A stretch of 63,816 nt of DNA, counting the filler, from Rhabdomonas costata (Eukaryota), in the NCBI GenBank assembly GCA_019059605.1. It is 42 parts of 42 records of this genome, joined end to end, with 100 filler letters (N's around TTAATTAATTAA, not from the genome) between each part and the next. Parts side by side here need not be neighbours in the genome. Positions count along the whole stretch, not along the records: positions 1 to 1,431 come from JAHMHO010016195.1; positions 1,532 to 2,960 come from JAHMHO010016196.1; positions 3,061 to 4,489 come from JAHMHO010016197.1; positions 4,590 to 6,018 come from JAHMHO010016198.1; positions 6,119 to 7,547 come from JAHMHO010016199.1; positions 7,648 to 9,073 come from JAHMHO010016200.1; positions 9,174 to 10,602 come from JAHMHO010016201.1; positions 10,703 to 12,131 come from JAHMHO010016202.1; 34 more parts are not named here. One strand, 5' to 3'. The notes below the pieces were generated by a model. That model worked only from the letters and a program-made list of their open reading frames with translations, did not search any database and was not told where the DNA came from. Positions 1-10,825 of this stretch are shown here, in pieces (positions within the stretch are counted from its first letter, which is position 1; each line of letters opens with the position of its first letter). Made by a program: the position numbers and the translations under genes.

Positions 1-458
1 GGTGTGGTGGGGCCAGATAGGGGTTGCATTCAGAGCTGCGTGTGGGCACTGCCCGATCATCCAGCTGATAAGTCAGCAAGTGCCCAGATGATGGCGCGGA
101 CGAAGGGGACGAACATGGGTCGGTTTCTTTATTTTACCGATGGTTTTATGGCAGGAGAGGACCGATGGGTTCTGCGTTTTATGGGTGCTGTTGAATGAGC
201 CAGGGGGATACATTATGACGATGTGTCGTGTGTCGTGTCTGTTGCGTCTTGCAAGGCCGCCTGCGGCGTACATGGTATCTTACAGTGTAATTGCGCTTGA
301 CATCGTGAACTGAAAACTTTTACCCTTAACCAGTGGTACTGCGCGCGACTGGTCCCAGTCAGAGAAGTCCAAATTGAGATTTTACAACTCTGCGGCATGT
401 TGCGGTAACCTTTTGGAAACGAGCGCGAGGGGAGGGGAGGGGGTCGGAGCGTCTCTCG

Positions 459-523
459 CACACACACACACACACACTCTCTCTCTCTCGACGATGATGA
501 TGATCATGATGACAATGATGATG
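459..523. repeat. Compound microsatellite (CA)n-(CT)n-(ATG)n
   Basis: Read directly from the sequence. Confidence 0.9.
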
Positions 524-689
524 ACCACTCCGCCAGGGTTGAAACGCCAGTCGCTCCAGTAAGGCATCAGATCATTCAGCTGCCCAACGCAGAGCTCACC
601 CCTGTCACCTCACTTACACACACACACTCTCTCTCTTGATGTGCCAACTCGTTTTCTGAGTCCGGACCGTTCACGCATTTACAGCTAAC

Positions 690-742
690 ATACACACACA
701 AACACACAAACAAACAAACAAACACACACACACACACACACG
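690..742. repeat. (CA)n/(CAAA)n microsatellite
   Basis: Read directly from the sequence. Confidence 0.9.
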
Positions 743-1431
743 CAGAAATCCCGGGATGGCATACAAATTCCAACGGTGTCCCTTGGTGCGCACCTGAGGG
801 AGGAGCACCTTGAACGAACCCGCGTAGAGAAGGTCCCAGCGCAAGCGGACCATCGAGCGTCGCAAGAAATCAGAGCTGTTATGCTACCACCAACGGGAAT
901 CGACAGTACTCGCAGAGGCACGAGGGCAAAGAGTCAGTGAGGCAACCCCGAGGTACAGGAGGTTCAGCGGAAGAGGGCAGGAATAGCCCGCAACGCAACT
1001 ATCAGTGAAGTGATGGCACGGCAACGCCTGTAGATACCGGTGCTGCACGTTTACCCATCCGAAAGAAAAGCTCCAAGGGTCGTTCCCACGAGAAAAGGCC
1101 CCAGCCCCACAAGGAAAGAATGTGGAGTCGCAGAGACCTGAGCAGCAATGGAGCAATGCAGGTAACCGCTGGAAAAGAGCAGCTGCACGACAAAGGTCCA
1201 GGACCCGTGGGGAAGAAGGGGTTACCAGATGTGGAACGTTCGGTGGTGAGCCGTTTTCGGTTCCCCACGGCACCGTTCGCTCCAACGGCACCTCTGGCCA
1301 ACAGCGCGTGCGCCAGTCAGTCCCCAGTGGTCACCACCAACCAGTCAACCAGTCAACCAGGCAACGGCCAGAGCGCAATGCGCCCGTCGCATGCACACAC
1401 ACACGCACACGCACGCACGCACACACCCACA

Positions 1432-1531
1432 NNNNNNNNNNNNNNNNNNNNNNNNNNNNNNNNNNNNNNNNNNNNTTAATTAATTAANNNNNNNNNNNNN
1501 NNNNNNNNNNNNNNNNNNNNNNNNNNNNNNN
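1432..1531. other. Artificial contig linker N44-TTAATTAATTAA-N44 (first of 41)
   Basis: Identical 100-nt linkers start at 1432, 2961, 4490, 6019, 7548, 9074, 10603, 12132, 13660, 15188, 16716, 18246, 19774, 21302, 22830, 24358, 25886, 27413, 28942, 30470, 31998, 33525, 35053, 36581, 38109, 39637, 41165, 42691, 44219, 45747, 47274, 48802, 50330, 51858, 53385, 54911, 56439, 57967, 59494, 61021 and 62548. The palindromic 12-mer places TAA in all six frames. Confidence 0.98.
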
Positions 1532-3893
1532 TTTGTGGTTTCTCTTTGGTGATTTAGGCTGTTCTCCATAGCCGAATCTGAGAATAGCCCTACCCAAACG
1601 ATAATAGCGGACGGGGGTGAGCAGAAAGAGATTTTGCGATGGAGAACAGCCTAAATCACCAAAGAGATACCACAATTTCGTCGACTGCACGACACAGGGG
1701 TACTGTTCATGGAGAGCGAGAGCGGAGCCGTTGGCCATGGAAAGACCTGAAGACCACCCAGGAGCAGGGGGAAGGAATCGGTTGTGTGTGTGAGCCAGGT
1801 CAGAGTGCGAGGTCACACTTCTTGGTTGCTACAAAATTTCGAGAAGTCACCAACACTGGACCTGGACACTGGGCTGGAGATCGACCTCCTTAAGCAAAGT
1901 CAGACAGGCAAAACTCTGCAAGGTTGAGACGGTTCAGGAAGTAGGATTTCGCTTTCGCTTGCTTGACTGCAACCCCTCCCCGGCTCTCCTTAAAAATCGG
2001 GCATACCCCAAACGGAAACTTGAGCTGACTGAGGGCAGCCCTGCCAGCCCTGCAAGGAAACAGCCGACCTCCATGCACTGAGGGAGATGGACTCAGGCAC
2101 GGGCATCTCGCGTGCAGAACAAGAAAAGATACAACAGAATCCTGAAGAATAACTCAACAGGAAGGAACAGGGCAGTGCGAAGGCGAGACGTTGATCGTCA
2201 TTGAATAAAACAAAATGAGGGAAAACTTCCTTGTTGTTTTGTTGTGGTAATGTTATTGTCAGCGGAGGTCACTTTGAAATTGGGAGGGGGGAGAAACCCT
2301 GGAGAAACCTATCCCCACAGTCGGGATGAATGAAATGTGGTCAAAAATACGGCTATTGATCGCTAAGTATGAAAATAGTCATTCATGCCGTGCGAGATAA
2401 TGGATGCAAGGGAGAGGCCAACTCACTCGGAGATGCGAAACTTTAGTAACACAGCACAGCGGCAAAGGTGTGTTTACTCTTTTGCGTTTGTGTTTTTCAA
2501 TCGCTCCTATTAAGGAAATTGCTGCTGAAAAAACAAGTAATTCGAATAACTGCAAACTGAAGGTTGCTCCGTTCTAAAATTTTCCGGTTTTCTAATTTTT
2601 TTCGTGCCAATAGGCACGAGAGCCACTTTGACGACAGTCTCTCTTTCAGGAATTTCCATCAATTCCGCAGATTTCGACTGCATCATGGTAATCGATGACT
2701 GGCAAGCAGAATGATTTATCCCTCTCTTCGGTATCCCTCCGATAGCTCTGAAAGGTCAGTCACAACAACACAGTCAGACCAGACGCTCAAGTGCTACGAC
2801 GACGACCGGAGCACACGTGCATATAGACACACACATACACGCACGGACTGCCATGCCAACGTAGCAAACAGGCCACACGCAGAAAAGCAACAGGGAAACC
2901 ACGCAACATGCAGAGTAAAAAGTCTATGCGGGCACCACCCCCCGTGTCGCCCAACACACANNNNNNNNNNNNNNNNNNNNNNNNNNNNNNNNNNNNNNNN
3001 NNNNTTAATTAATTAANNNNNNNNNNNNNNNNNNNNNNNNNNNNNNNNNNNNNNNNNNNNCAACATCGATAATTGAGCATGATTGGCGTCCCGTTAGAGC
3101 TCCGTGCTTGGTTTTGTGGGTAGAATTTGCCTGTCTTTCCTCCTTCTGGTGTTTCCAACGTCAGCACCATCGCAGGCCTTTCTCCTTCTGTTGTCCCCAC
3201 CTCTTTCTCCTCGTTGCACAGGTCGAGGGCGAAGAGAGCTCCCAGCCTGAATGAACTGTGCCTTCTACGTGTGTATAAATGTGCGCATGAAGCCCGACCT
3301 TGAACTTAGCTGTGCTCTGTTCTGATTACCATGCGGCAGCTGTGCCTCAGTTGACTGTAATAGCTCTGCATTCCTTGCCCGTCCTCCTGCACACACACTT
3401 TCTTCATTTCAGAAAACACCGGGGAGCTTCTAAGGACCCTGTTCCGTGCGTGATGCGGGCATCTGTGACTCCAAAGGGCACACCCGCAGTCTGGTGGAAA
3501 AACGAAGCACAAAGCAAATCAAAACCCGGGGAACCAGCTCAAACGTCCCCACGGGGAAGGGGCCACAACTTCGTATAGACAACGGGAAGATGCAGATGCA
3601 CAACGGGATAAGGTCAAGATTAACAGAGAGCCTGGGCCGTTGTAGTTGTGATGGCCAGGAGACTGTCCGTGTGTGAGTGTGAGTGCGTGCGTGTGACCTC
3701 AAACGTGTCACATCCACGCATGCCAGCCAGTGTAGGTCACACACTGGATGGCTCCATGTCTGAGAGGGTCTTTTTGCATCCCTTCTTTCCCAGACTATGT
3801 GGCCGACCGCTTCCTGACAGGTGTGTGAAATTCAGGTGTTGGAAGTCGCAGAAGACGGGAACGCATGTGTGTAGGGGGAGGGCTGCGGGGATC

Positions 3894-4489
3894 TCAGAGA
3901 GCGGTCGAGGCAGCGTGCCACCGCACGGCCGCACTAAGAGTGACCACAGCAGCAGTCCAGGCCCAACCCCACCCGCTGTAGAACACCAGCACAGGCCAAA
4001 GCTGGCCCACCAGGCAGCCCACCACGAGGTAGCTCAGCAGCGCATCCACGCAGGACGCCCCCCAAAGGAAGTACACCAGCTGCACCCACACGCTCCTATA
4101 CCAACACATACAAACCCACAAGGTGCAGACAGGGCAAGGAGGAATTCTCCTGGCAATAACTCCCATTCCCCCTCGGGCTTCCCACCATCGATGGGCCCAT
4201 CAGGGACTTTTTTCGGTCCAGGGCTGCTCGCTGCGCCAGCCACTCTTTCTTGCAGCGAAGGGTAAGCAACCTCTCAAGAGAGAGAGAGAGTTGTGGCTGC
4301 CAACGAGAGGAAGCATAAGACTCCTGCACACTTCGATCGTCTGTCGGGATCCGGCGAATGGAAGAGATAAACGAGGCAAACTGTGCAGAGTTGCCGTAGA
4401 AAAACATACTTCTCAAGGAGTTGCCGGCGAGGATCCGTGTCAAACAGGCGGCCGTAGACAGGGACGTAGTACTCCCAGAACATCCCACA
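3894..4489 (-). CDS. 3' end of a hypothetical membrane protein (2 exons)
   Basis: Exons 4489-4410 and 4095-3894 join in phase across a GT-AG intron: WEYYVPVYGRLFDTDPRRQLLEK/SVWVQLVYFLWG...AASTAL*. The C-terminus is hydrophobic. Confidence 0.5.
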
Positions 4490-4599
4490 NNNNNNNNNNN
4501 NNNNNNNNNNNNNNNNNNNNNNNNNNNNNNNNNTTAATTAATTAANNNNNNNNNNNNNNNNNNNNNNNNNNNNNNNNNNNNNNNNNNNNGAATGCTCTT

Positions 4600-5680
4600 G
4601 GTCTGCTATTTCTCTCCATCTGTCGAGATTCTCTGCCTTGAATCGGATCGGCTGCACCACCTCCTCCACACTCATGACAAACTACGCCTTTTTGCTCTAC
4701 CCTGTCCATACCTTTCAAATCCTTCTGCTTGAGGCTCTCCATCACCTGATTGAGGACTCCCACAAGTTCCGTTCCCGCTCCGGCGATGGAGCCCTGGGGC
4801 TTCTCTCTGACCCCTTTCTGCTTCTCGCTTTCGTTTTCTTGACTCCCGAGATTATCCTCAGTTTTCTCTTCGCAATATTCCAGATCCCATATGGGTAGGG
4901 GAGCCTTTCGTTCGTTTCCAGTCCTCGCTTGACAAGGAAGGTTCCATCGGGCCAGTATGGCTTCTCCTTCCTTCACATCCTCAAAGGTTTCTTGACTCTG
5001 TATCTCCTTGTCCATCTACACTGCATGTGCAACTTCTTGCGGAGGGCCACAATTACATGGGGCGCGCCGTCTTCTTTCGTGAAGACGATGCTCCGGCACA
5101 ACCTGCGTCGATTGCCGTCCTGAGTGATTCAATCCCCATTTCTACTGTGGGCTGTGGAACTTCCTCTTCTCCACTGTAGAGGTGTCCTTTCCATGTGTCA
5201 GCTGGTGTGATGTTGCGGATATGCTCCATGCAGCTACATGTCCCCACAGTATGTTCTTCGTTCCCTTCGATGAAATCCCCCATTCTGGACGCTGATGAGG
5301 ATTTGGGATAGCGGTGTCACGCTTCGCTCGCAAGTCCATAAGCGCTCTGCTTCCGCAGGAGCGGGGTGCTTCTTCGCGATATGCGAGGGCCTGAGGTGGT
5401 ATTGATCCCAGCCTCAAACTCCGTGGCACAGGGGATACCATCAGCATTTTTCACATAGCTGCCATCGGGTTCGCTTTCTGCGTGGCGGCGGTCCTCAGTG
5501 CCCTCTCCAAACGCAACCTTGATTCTTGTGCTGGCTCTTTGCTCATGTAGAGGTGTTGCAGCAACGCTTTCTTCTCGTCTGTTCTTAGTCCTGCTTGGAT
5601 ATCTTTTACTGCGGTGCTATTTGCTATTCGGTCTAGTACTTCCTGAATCTTTTGTTCACCAACCTGCCGGTTCTACCAGA
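4600..5680 (-). mobile_element. Possible decayed gag-like ORF
   Basis: Intronless, purine-rich, broken reading frames (QKIQEVLDRIANSTAVKDIQ..., MDKEIQSQETFEDV...) ending in a zinc-knuckle-like VVCHECGGGG that lacks the H and last C. Confidence 0.3.
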
Positions 5681-6245
5681 CGCGCTTCAAGCTGAAGGCA
5701 TTCCCGCTTACGGTTCCAGTGTGTTCGAGTGAAGGGTTTTCGTGCTCTTCGGCTGGAGCGGACCGACGGTGGAAGTTCTGATATCCTCTCCCCTTTCACT
5801 GCGGAAACTGTTCCACGGGCCAGATCACCCACTCCAATGGTGTCGTCCTCTCTCTACATCAGAAGGTGGCAGGGATCCTTTTCCCTGCGTCTCGCTCTCC
5901 AATGGGTCTGCTGCCGCTGATGTGCTCCTCGGTACGCCATTCCTACATAGGCTTGCGACGTGGGCATATACACCTCCGGGTATACCTCCGGGGTTCCATT
6001 AAGCCTCTCCCCCACACCNNNNNNNNNNNNNNNNNNNNNNNNNNNNNNNNNNNNNNNNNNNNTTAATTAATTAANNNNNNNNNNNNNNNNNNNNNNNNNN
6101 NNNNNNNNNNNNNNNNNNGGGGTGTGTGAGACGTGAGATGAATGCTATGTGGTAACGCGATCGGTTTCAGTTCAAAGAGCCGCGCAGTCCATTCTTTGAG
6201 ATGAGGAAGCAACTCCCAAGCCTCCCTCTCCAGGCTGATACACAC

Positions 6246-7339
6246 CTTCGCATCTCTTCCTCGAAGTGGTGGCAGACCTTCTTGTAGACCTCCACGGGCA
6301 ACCTCTGCAGCTGGTAGTAGAACACATCCCGTGGAAGAACCCATCCCAGACACCTGCCGGCGCCAAGAAGCAGAGCGCAGGACAGCGCAGGAAGAAAAAA
6401 AGAGAGAGGGTAGGGGTGGAATGAAGAATGGGTAGTAATCAAGGGAGTTTTCTCGAGGAGCGGGGCGTTATTAAATGGTGCTGCCGTGACATGCCAACAG
6501 AATACAACAAGCGGAGCATTTGCTTCACAGAAAAAGGAGAGACAGCGGTGAGCATACGAAGTCACACAGAACAGCGTCGTGGAGTACAGGGCGCCTGCAA
6601 AGCAGTCGAAGTCTCCGAAGCACCGCGGGCCCCCTGAGTCACAATCATTTTCAAATCACACTGTAAGAAGTCGAAGGGAGCCTGGAAAACTGAGACGTGA
6701 CCTGAGACAACCTGAGGGCTTGTGGTGGGCATTTCTATGACGTGTATGAATGAAAACGAGAAACGACAAAAATTCACCCGCGACTAACCACAAAGCGGCG
6801 TAAGGGAAGCCCCTCGGGGATCGCGTGCTGGGAATGGCTTTCTGGAGCGGGGGGAGGAGGGCATTAAACGCTGGTGGGGAACAAGGAAGGGATGCCGAGC
6901 ACATCCCCTTTCTCCCCACTCATCTGCCAAGAACCTTCTTGCAGAGACACCACGGCGCAGTTGTTTCGGTTGTGCTGCTTTCCTCGGGCACCGCGGTTCC
7001 GCTTCCACACCTCGACGGTGCCCTGTAAGTCACCCCCAAATTGGAGACAGAGAGACCTTCAGAGCAGTGTAGCATTTCGGGAATGTACGGAACGAAACAG
7101 GAAAAAACAAACAAGAACTAACCCCCAAGGCTACAACCATCAGGAGGCACCCTTGAACGCGGAGAAGTGAGCAGCCCAAGAAGAGGGGACTTCACCAGGC
7201 AGACCTTGGCCAAGATAAACACGCAGGAGGCGGGGTAGTTCTCCGTCCACACAAGCTCCCCCTGCAGGAACCAAGCCGGCCTGGCGTACCGGATGAAGGC
7301 CTCCAGGTTCTTGAACGGGCACAGCTCAAACACAGCGCC
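6246..7339 (-). CDS. Cyclic nucleotide-binding domain protein (4 internal exons)
   Basis: Exons 7339-7205, 7022-6935, 6633-6558 and 6353-6246 chain in frame over three GT-AG introns: GAVFELCPFKNLEAFIRYARPAWFLQGELVWTENYPASCVFILAK/GTVEVWKR...SLQEG/GPRCFGDFDCFAGALYSTTLFCVTS/CLGWVLPRDVFYYQL. This follows the cNMP beta-roll pattern. Confidence 0.85.
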
Positions 7340-7714
7340 CTGTTGGGTGTTTTTTCTTCGGAAGGGTTCCTTCGCAACCATACAGTGGAGGAGTCTCCGC
7401 CTGGAAGCACGCGTCGCTTCGCGGATAAATTGCCCTTTTGGGCCCAGGGAGGCGACCCGAGGCGTTGCACGGCCGCTGTTCACTGCAACGATTGTGATCC
7501 ACCACAACTTCCGCCTCAGTGCATGGCAGCCTTGCTGCAACACATACNNNNNNNNNNNNNNNNNNNNNNNNNNNNNNNNNNNNNNNNNNNNTTAATTAAT
7601 TAANNNNNNNNNNNNNNNNNNNNNNNNNNNNNNNNNNNNNNNNNNNNTTGTTTTGGTGATCGTGGACAGGAGTCTGAGGGGCTGTGGGGGGAATGCCGTT
7701 GCATCTCGCGACAG

Positions 7715-7897
7715 AGCCTGCTGGAGAATTACGAGCTGATCATCCTGGTCTGTGACGAGATGATCGATGACGGGATTATCCTGGAGATTAACCCCCAGAG
7801 CATCTTCAACGAGGTCAGCCCACACGCCAGCCTGGAGGCGGACTCGCCGCTGGGGGCCCTGCAAACCATGGCAAAGATTGTGAAGCAGAACCTGTAA
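7715..7897 (+). CDS. COPZ: Coatomer subunit zeta, last exon
   Basis: After a CAG acceptor: SLLENYELIILVCDEMIDDGIILEINPQSIFNEV...KIVKQNL*, matching the zeta-COP LLENxxLxxLxxDExxDxGIILE motif. Not in the ORF track because it has no start codon. Confidence 0.85.
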   Translation, partial: SLLENYELIILVCDEMIDDGIILEINPQSIFNEVSPHASLEADSPLGALQTMAKIVKQNL

Positions 7898-10749
7898 GAT
7901 GGAGGGAGATGTGCACGCGACATACAGCAATGGGGGTGTGCAGCATAGCTGTAAGTGCCTATAGAAAAGGAAGGTGGGTGATGGGAGGGGTGCGGGGCCG
8001 ATGCAGTTGTTTGAACAATGTGCGCTGCAGGCTCTTCTGCAGTCCAGCTGTCTGTTTTGTGCCCGCACTTGCCTGGCGCCCTTATGCAGCGCGCTGCGCT
8101 GCATTGGAGGTTGGTTTTGGGCATCGGACCCAACCTCTGTCTGCTGCCGGGTTTTCATGCCTCCTCACCATTGCCCCCTCCCCCTCCACTCTTTCCCCCG
8201 TTGATTGCTCGTGATCTTTTCTCTTGTCACGTGTCACCCGTCTTGCTGCTTGCTTTTGCGTTTCTTGACCACCTTGACCACCCGCGTCCACATGTGGTGT
8301 GTTGGCTTTTGGCATTCCCCCTCTGCTGACCTTCGTGGAGGCTCGGAGGAGCACTGGCGCTGACTTTGGTTCCCTTCTGTGCCCGCGGTTGCTCACTTTT
8401 TCTGGACTATGGGTGAGAGGAAATAATGGAGTAAGTTTTCCTAGGTTTTGTGAGGCACTTGATATTGGACATTTATAGCAATTTTCTGGGTGAGCTCGGG
8501 TCCAAAAGCTAGCTTTTATGGCGGATGGTTATGGTGTTGGCTACAGAAAACGTAACGTGGGCAGGCGCATCCAAACACGTAAGGGTAATGTTTAAGGGCA
8601 GCGTAAATTGGTATGTAGGCCTCTTTTTTTGGCCGCTACAATGCCCTGGTGAAAAGCATGCAGGGTCTTTCTTCCCAGACGTGGGGACAAGAGAGGGAAT
8701 TTTTCTGAAAGTTTGCAATGTGACAACTGCGGGCATTCCTTACGGGAAGATATTCCTTTTGAATTCGACGGGGCACAGGCTTGGACAAAGGAGGTCTTAT
8801 GAAGGACACCTGTCGTGAAGGGTGCCTGGTTCCAGTAGTGCGCTGCGGTGACTCTGCACCATCACCCACGACGTCCCGCAAAAGTTCTTCTTCTAACGGG
8901 GGAGGGAGCGAAAAGGCTCGATTTTTATGGCAAACTTGGGCCACCGTTAAAAGGCTTTTCTGTTAAACCGCCCTGCAATCGCAGCCTTTGTAACCACGCA
9001 AATGGGATTACAGCATTCTGTGTTATCACGGGACATATTTCTTGTATTCCACAAACCCCCAAACACACCAACANNNNNNNNNNNNNNNNNNNNNNNNNNN
9101 NNNNNNNNNNNNNNNNNTTAATTAATTAANNNNNNNNNNNNNNNNNNNNNNNNNNNNNNNNNNNNNNNNNNNNGTTGGGTTGTCAAATGGTTTACAGGGA
9201 GGTGAGGGGGGTGCTTGGACAATGTTTCGGGGTGGCCTATGAAAGCTGGAATGCCTTGGGGAATTCCTTTTGGTTTGGGTGACTGGGAGAGTGTATAAGT
9301 TTGTATATGTTGTCTCCTCCTTCCTGTGGGTGCGGGGCTGTTACAGTCGGGACTGGGACTACCTCTCCCCCGATAATTGACCTTTTGCGCTGCGATTATC
9401 TCCGCCTCAACACGCAAGGGCATTCACCAAATTGTCAGCTCAACTTCCCTGTTCCGTTGTTTGTCGGGTCTATTCCGTTTGCGACGTTTATATTTGGTGA
9501 AATCGCCACGTCCCCCATTTTGTAGCTGTTTTCTGCGATTGTCTTGGTGCCGTTTTTGTTCAAATATTGTTTGTGTCCTTTCTCATGCTGCCTAAAGGTC
9601 GAGGCCCACCCACCCCTGGGCAGCTGGATTTGTTTTTGCTGTACTCCAATACCTCGGTGGATGAAAAGCTATACGTTGGCAGGTGCGGCGGTACAGGAGT
9701 AAATGAAAGGGACGATCTTGTTGGAGAAAGGAAGACGTTTTTGCTTTCTGCTCATTGTGTGGTGTCGTTAGCAAGAGGCTGGCTGTTTGGAAAGTGTGAT
9801 AAAATCCGACAGGTATAGCGTCTCTTGTCCAGCTGTCAGCATCCCTGCCGAGGTATTCATCTATTCATCCCCCTCCCCTTATTTAACGCAGACACCGCGT
9901 GATGTGGCTCTACACCACCACGTTGGGGAAGTCTGCCATCGCCACGGTTGCTGAGATTACCTCTTTCTTCTCACCTTCAAGCCTGTCAAGTATAGGCGCG
10001 GTATGCGCGCTTTTTACATTCTGCAGACTCATTAGGCCCACTGCTCATGGGTCGCCCTCATTCTGCTGGAGTGCATACTTTTGTACGCCAGGACAAGCCC
10101 GCCTCCAAGGTTAACATCTGCATGTCCTTGGTAAACATGGCCTTCGGTGGTCAGCGCATCGTGAATTGGGACATTGAACAAGCTCGGCGGAACTTCCTGG
10201 AGCCCTTTTTGGAGGTACATTTACCCAATCTATCATTTGATACCGTTTTCCAGATGGGTTCACCACAATGATGATTTGTTATCAGGTTAAAATCTGATTG
10301 GTTGTGTACCTCGTTACCTTTGCGTTTTGGACTTGGACGGAGATGCATCCTTTGTATTTCGCTTTTGGCTTGACCTCCTCGAATGGTTTCTCACGATTTT
10401 TGCAGTGTGTACCTACAGAGGGGTGGGTACTGCCCGAACCCCCTGAAAGCAAGCGATCATTAAATAATGATGAACCAGGATGAGTTTTTTCACAATGTCA
10501 CTCGACCGCTTTGTCGCCTATGTTGGCTGAACAGATAAAACAAACAAAGCAGAGCGCACCGCATAGTGCAGTGCAATGAGACAATGGCACTGGTTTTGTG
10601 CCNNNNNNNNNNNNNNNNNNNNNNNNNNNNNNNNNNNNNNNNNNNNTTAATTAATTAANNNNNNNNNNNNNNNNNNNNNNNNNNNNNNNNNNNNNNNNNN
10701 NNAGAACCAGGAGCCAAGACGGGCTACTCGTCTTGGCGTGGCCGCCCCG

Positions 10750-10825
10750 GACGTGTCCGGGAATCGAAACCGCGACCTTGCAGCCACGAGCCCGGCCCCC
10801 AGACCGCTCAGACATAAGACCGGCC
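10750..10825 (-). repeat. tRNA-like pseudogene or SINE head
   Basis: The minus strand reads TGTCTGAGCGGTCT (A-box-like) ... AAGGTCGCGGTTTCGATTCCCGG (B-box/T-arm-like) at tRNA spacing, but acceptor and anticodon stems do not pair. Confidence 0.35.

Noticed and set aside
524..875. Putative minus-strand exons in contig 1 (794-875 and about 524-601)
   Set aside because: Each has AG/GT ends, but the phases do not chain and no family is recognised.
374..921. ORFs rich in CV, HT or MMM
   Set aside because: They are translations of microsatellites.
1120..1487. ORFs ending in XXX...LIN (many in the track)
   Set aside because: They are translations running through Ns into the linker.
9174..10450. 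Broken minus-strand frames as a retroelement ORF
   Set aside because: No RT, endonuclease, RNase H or knuckle motif could be identified.
10468..10530. ATGATGA...CTGA as a box C/D snoRNA
   Set aside because: No terminal stem and no rRNA-complementary guide that I can recognise; such boxes occur by chance.
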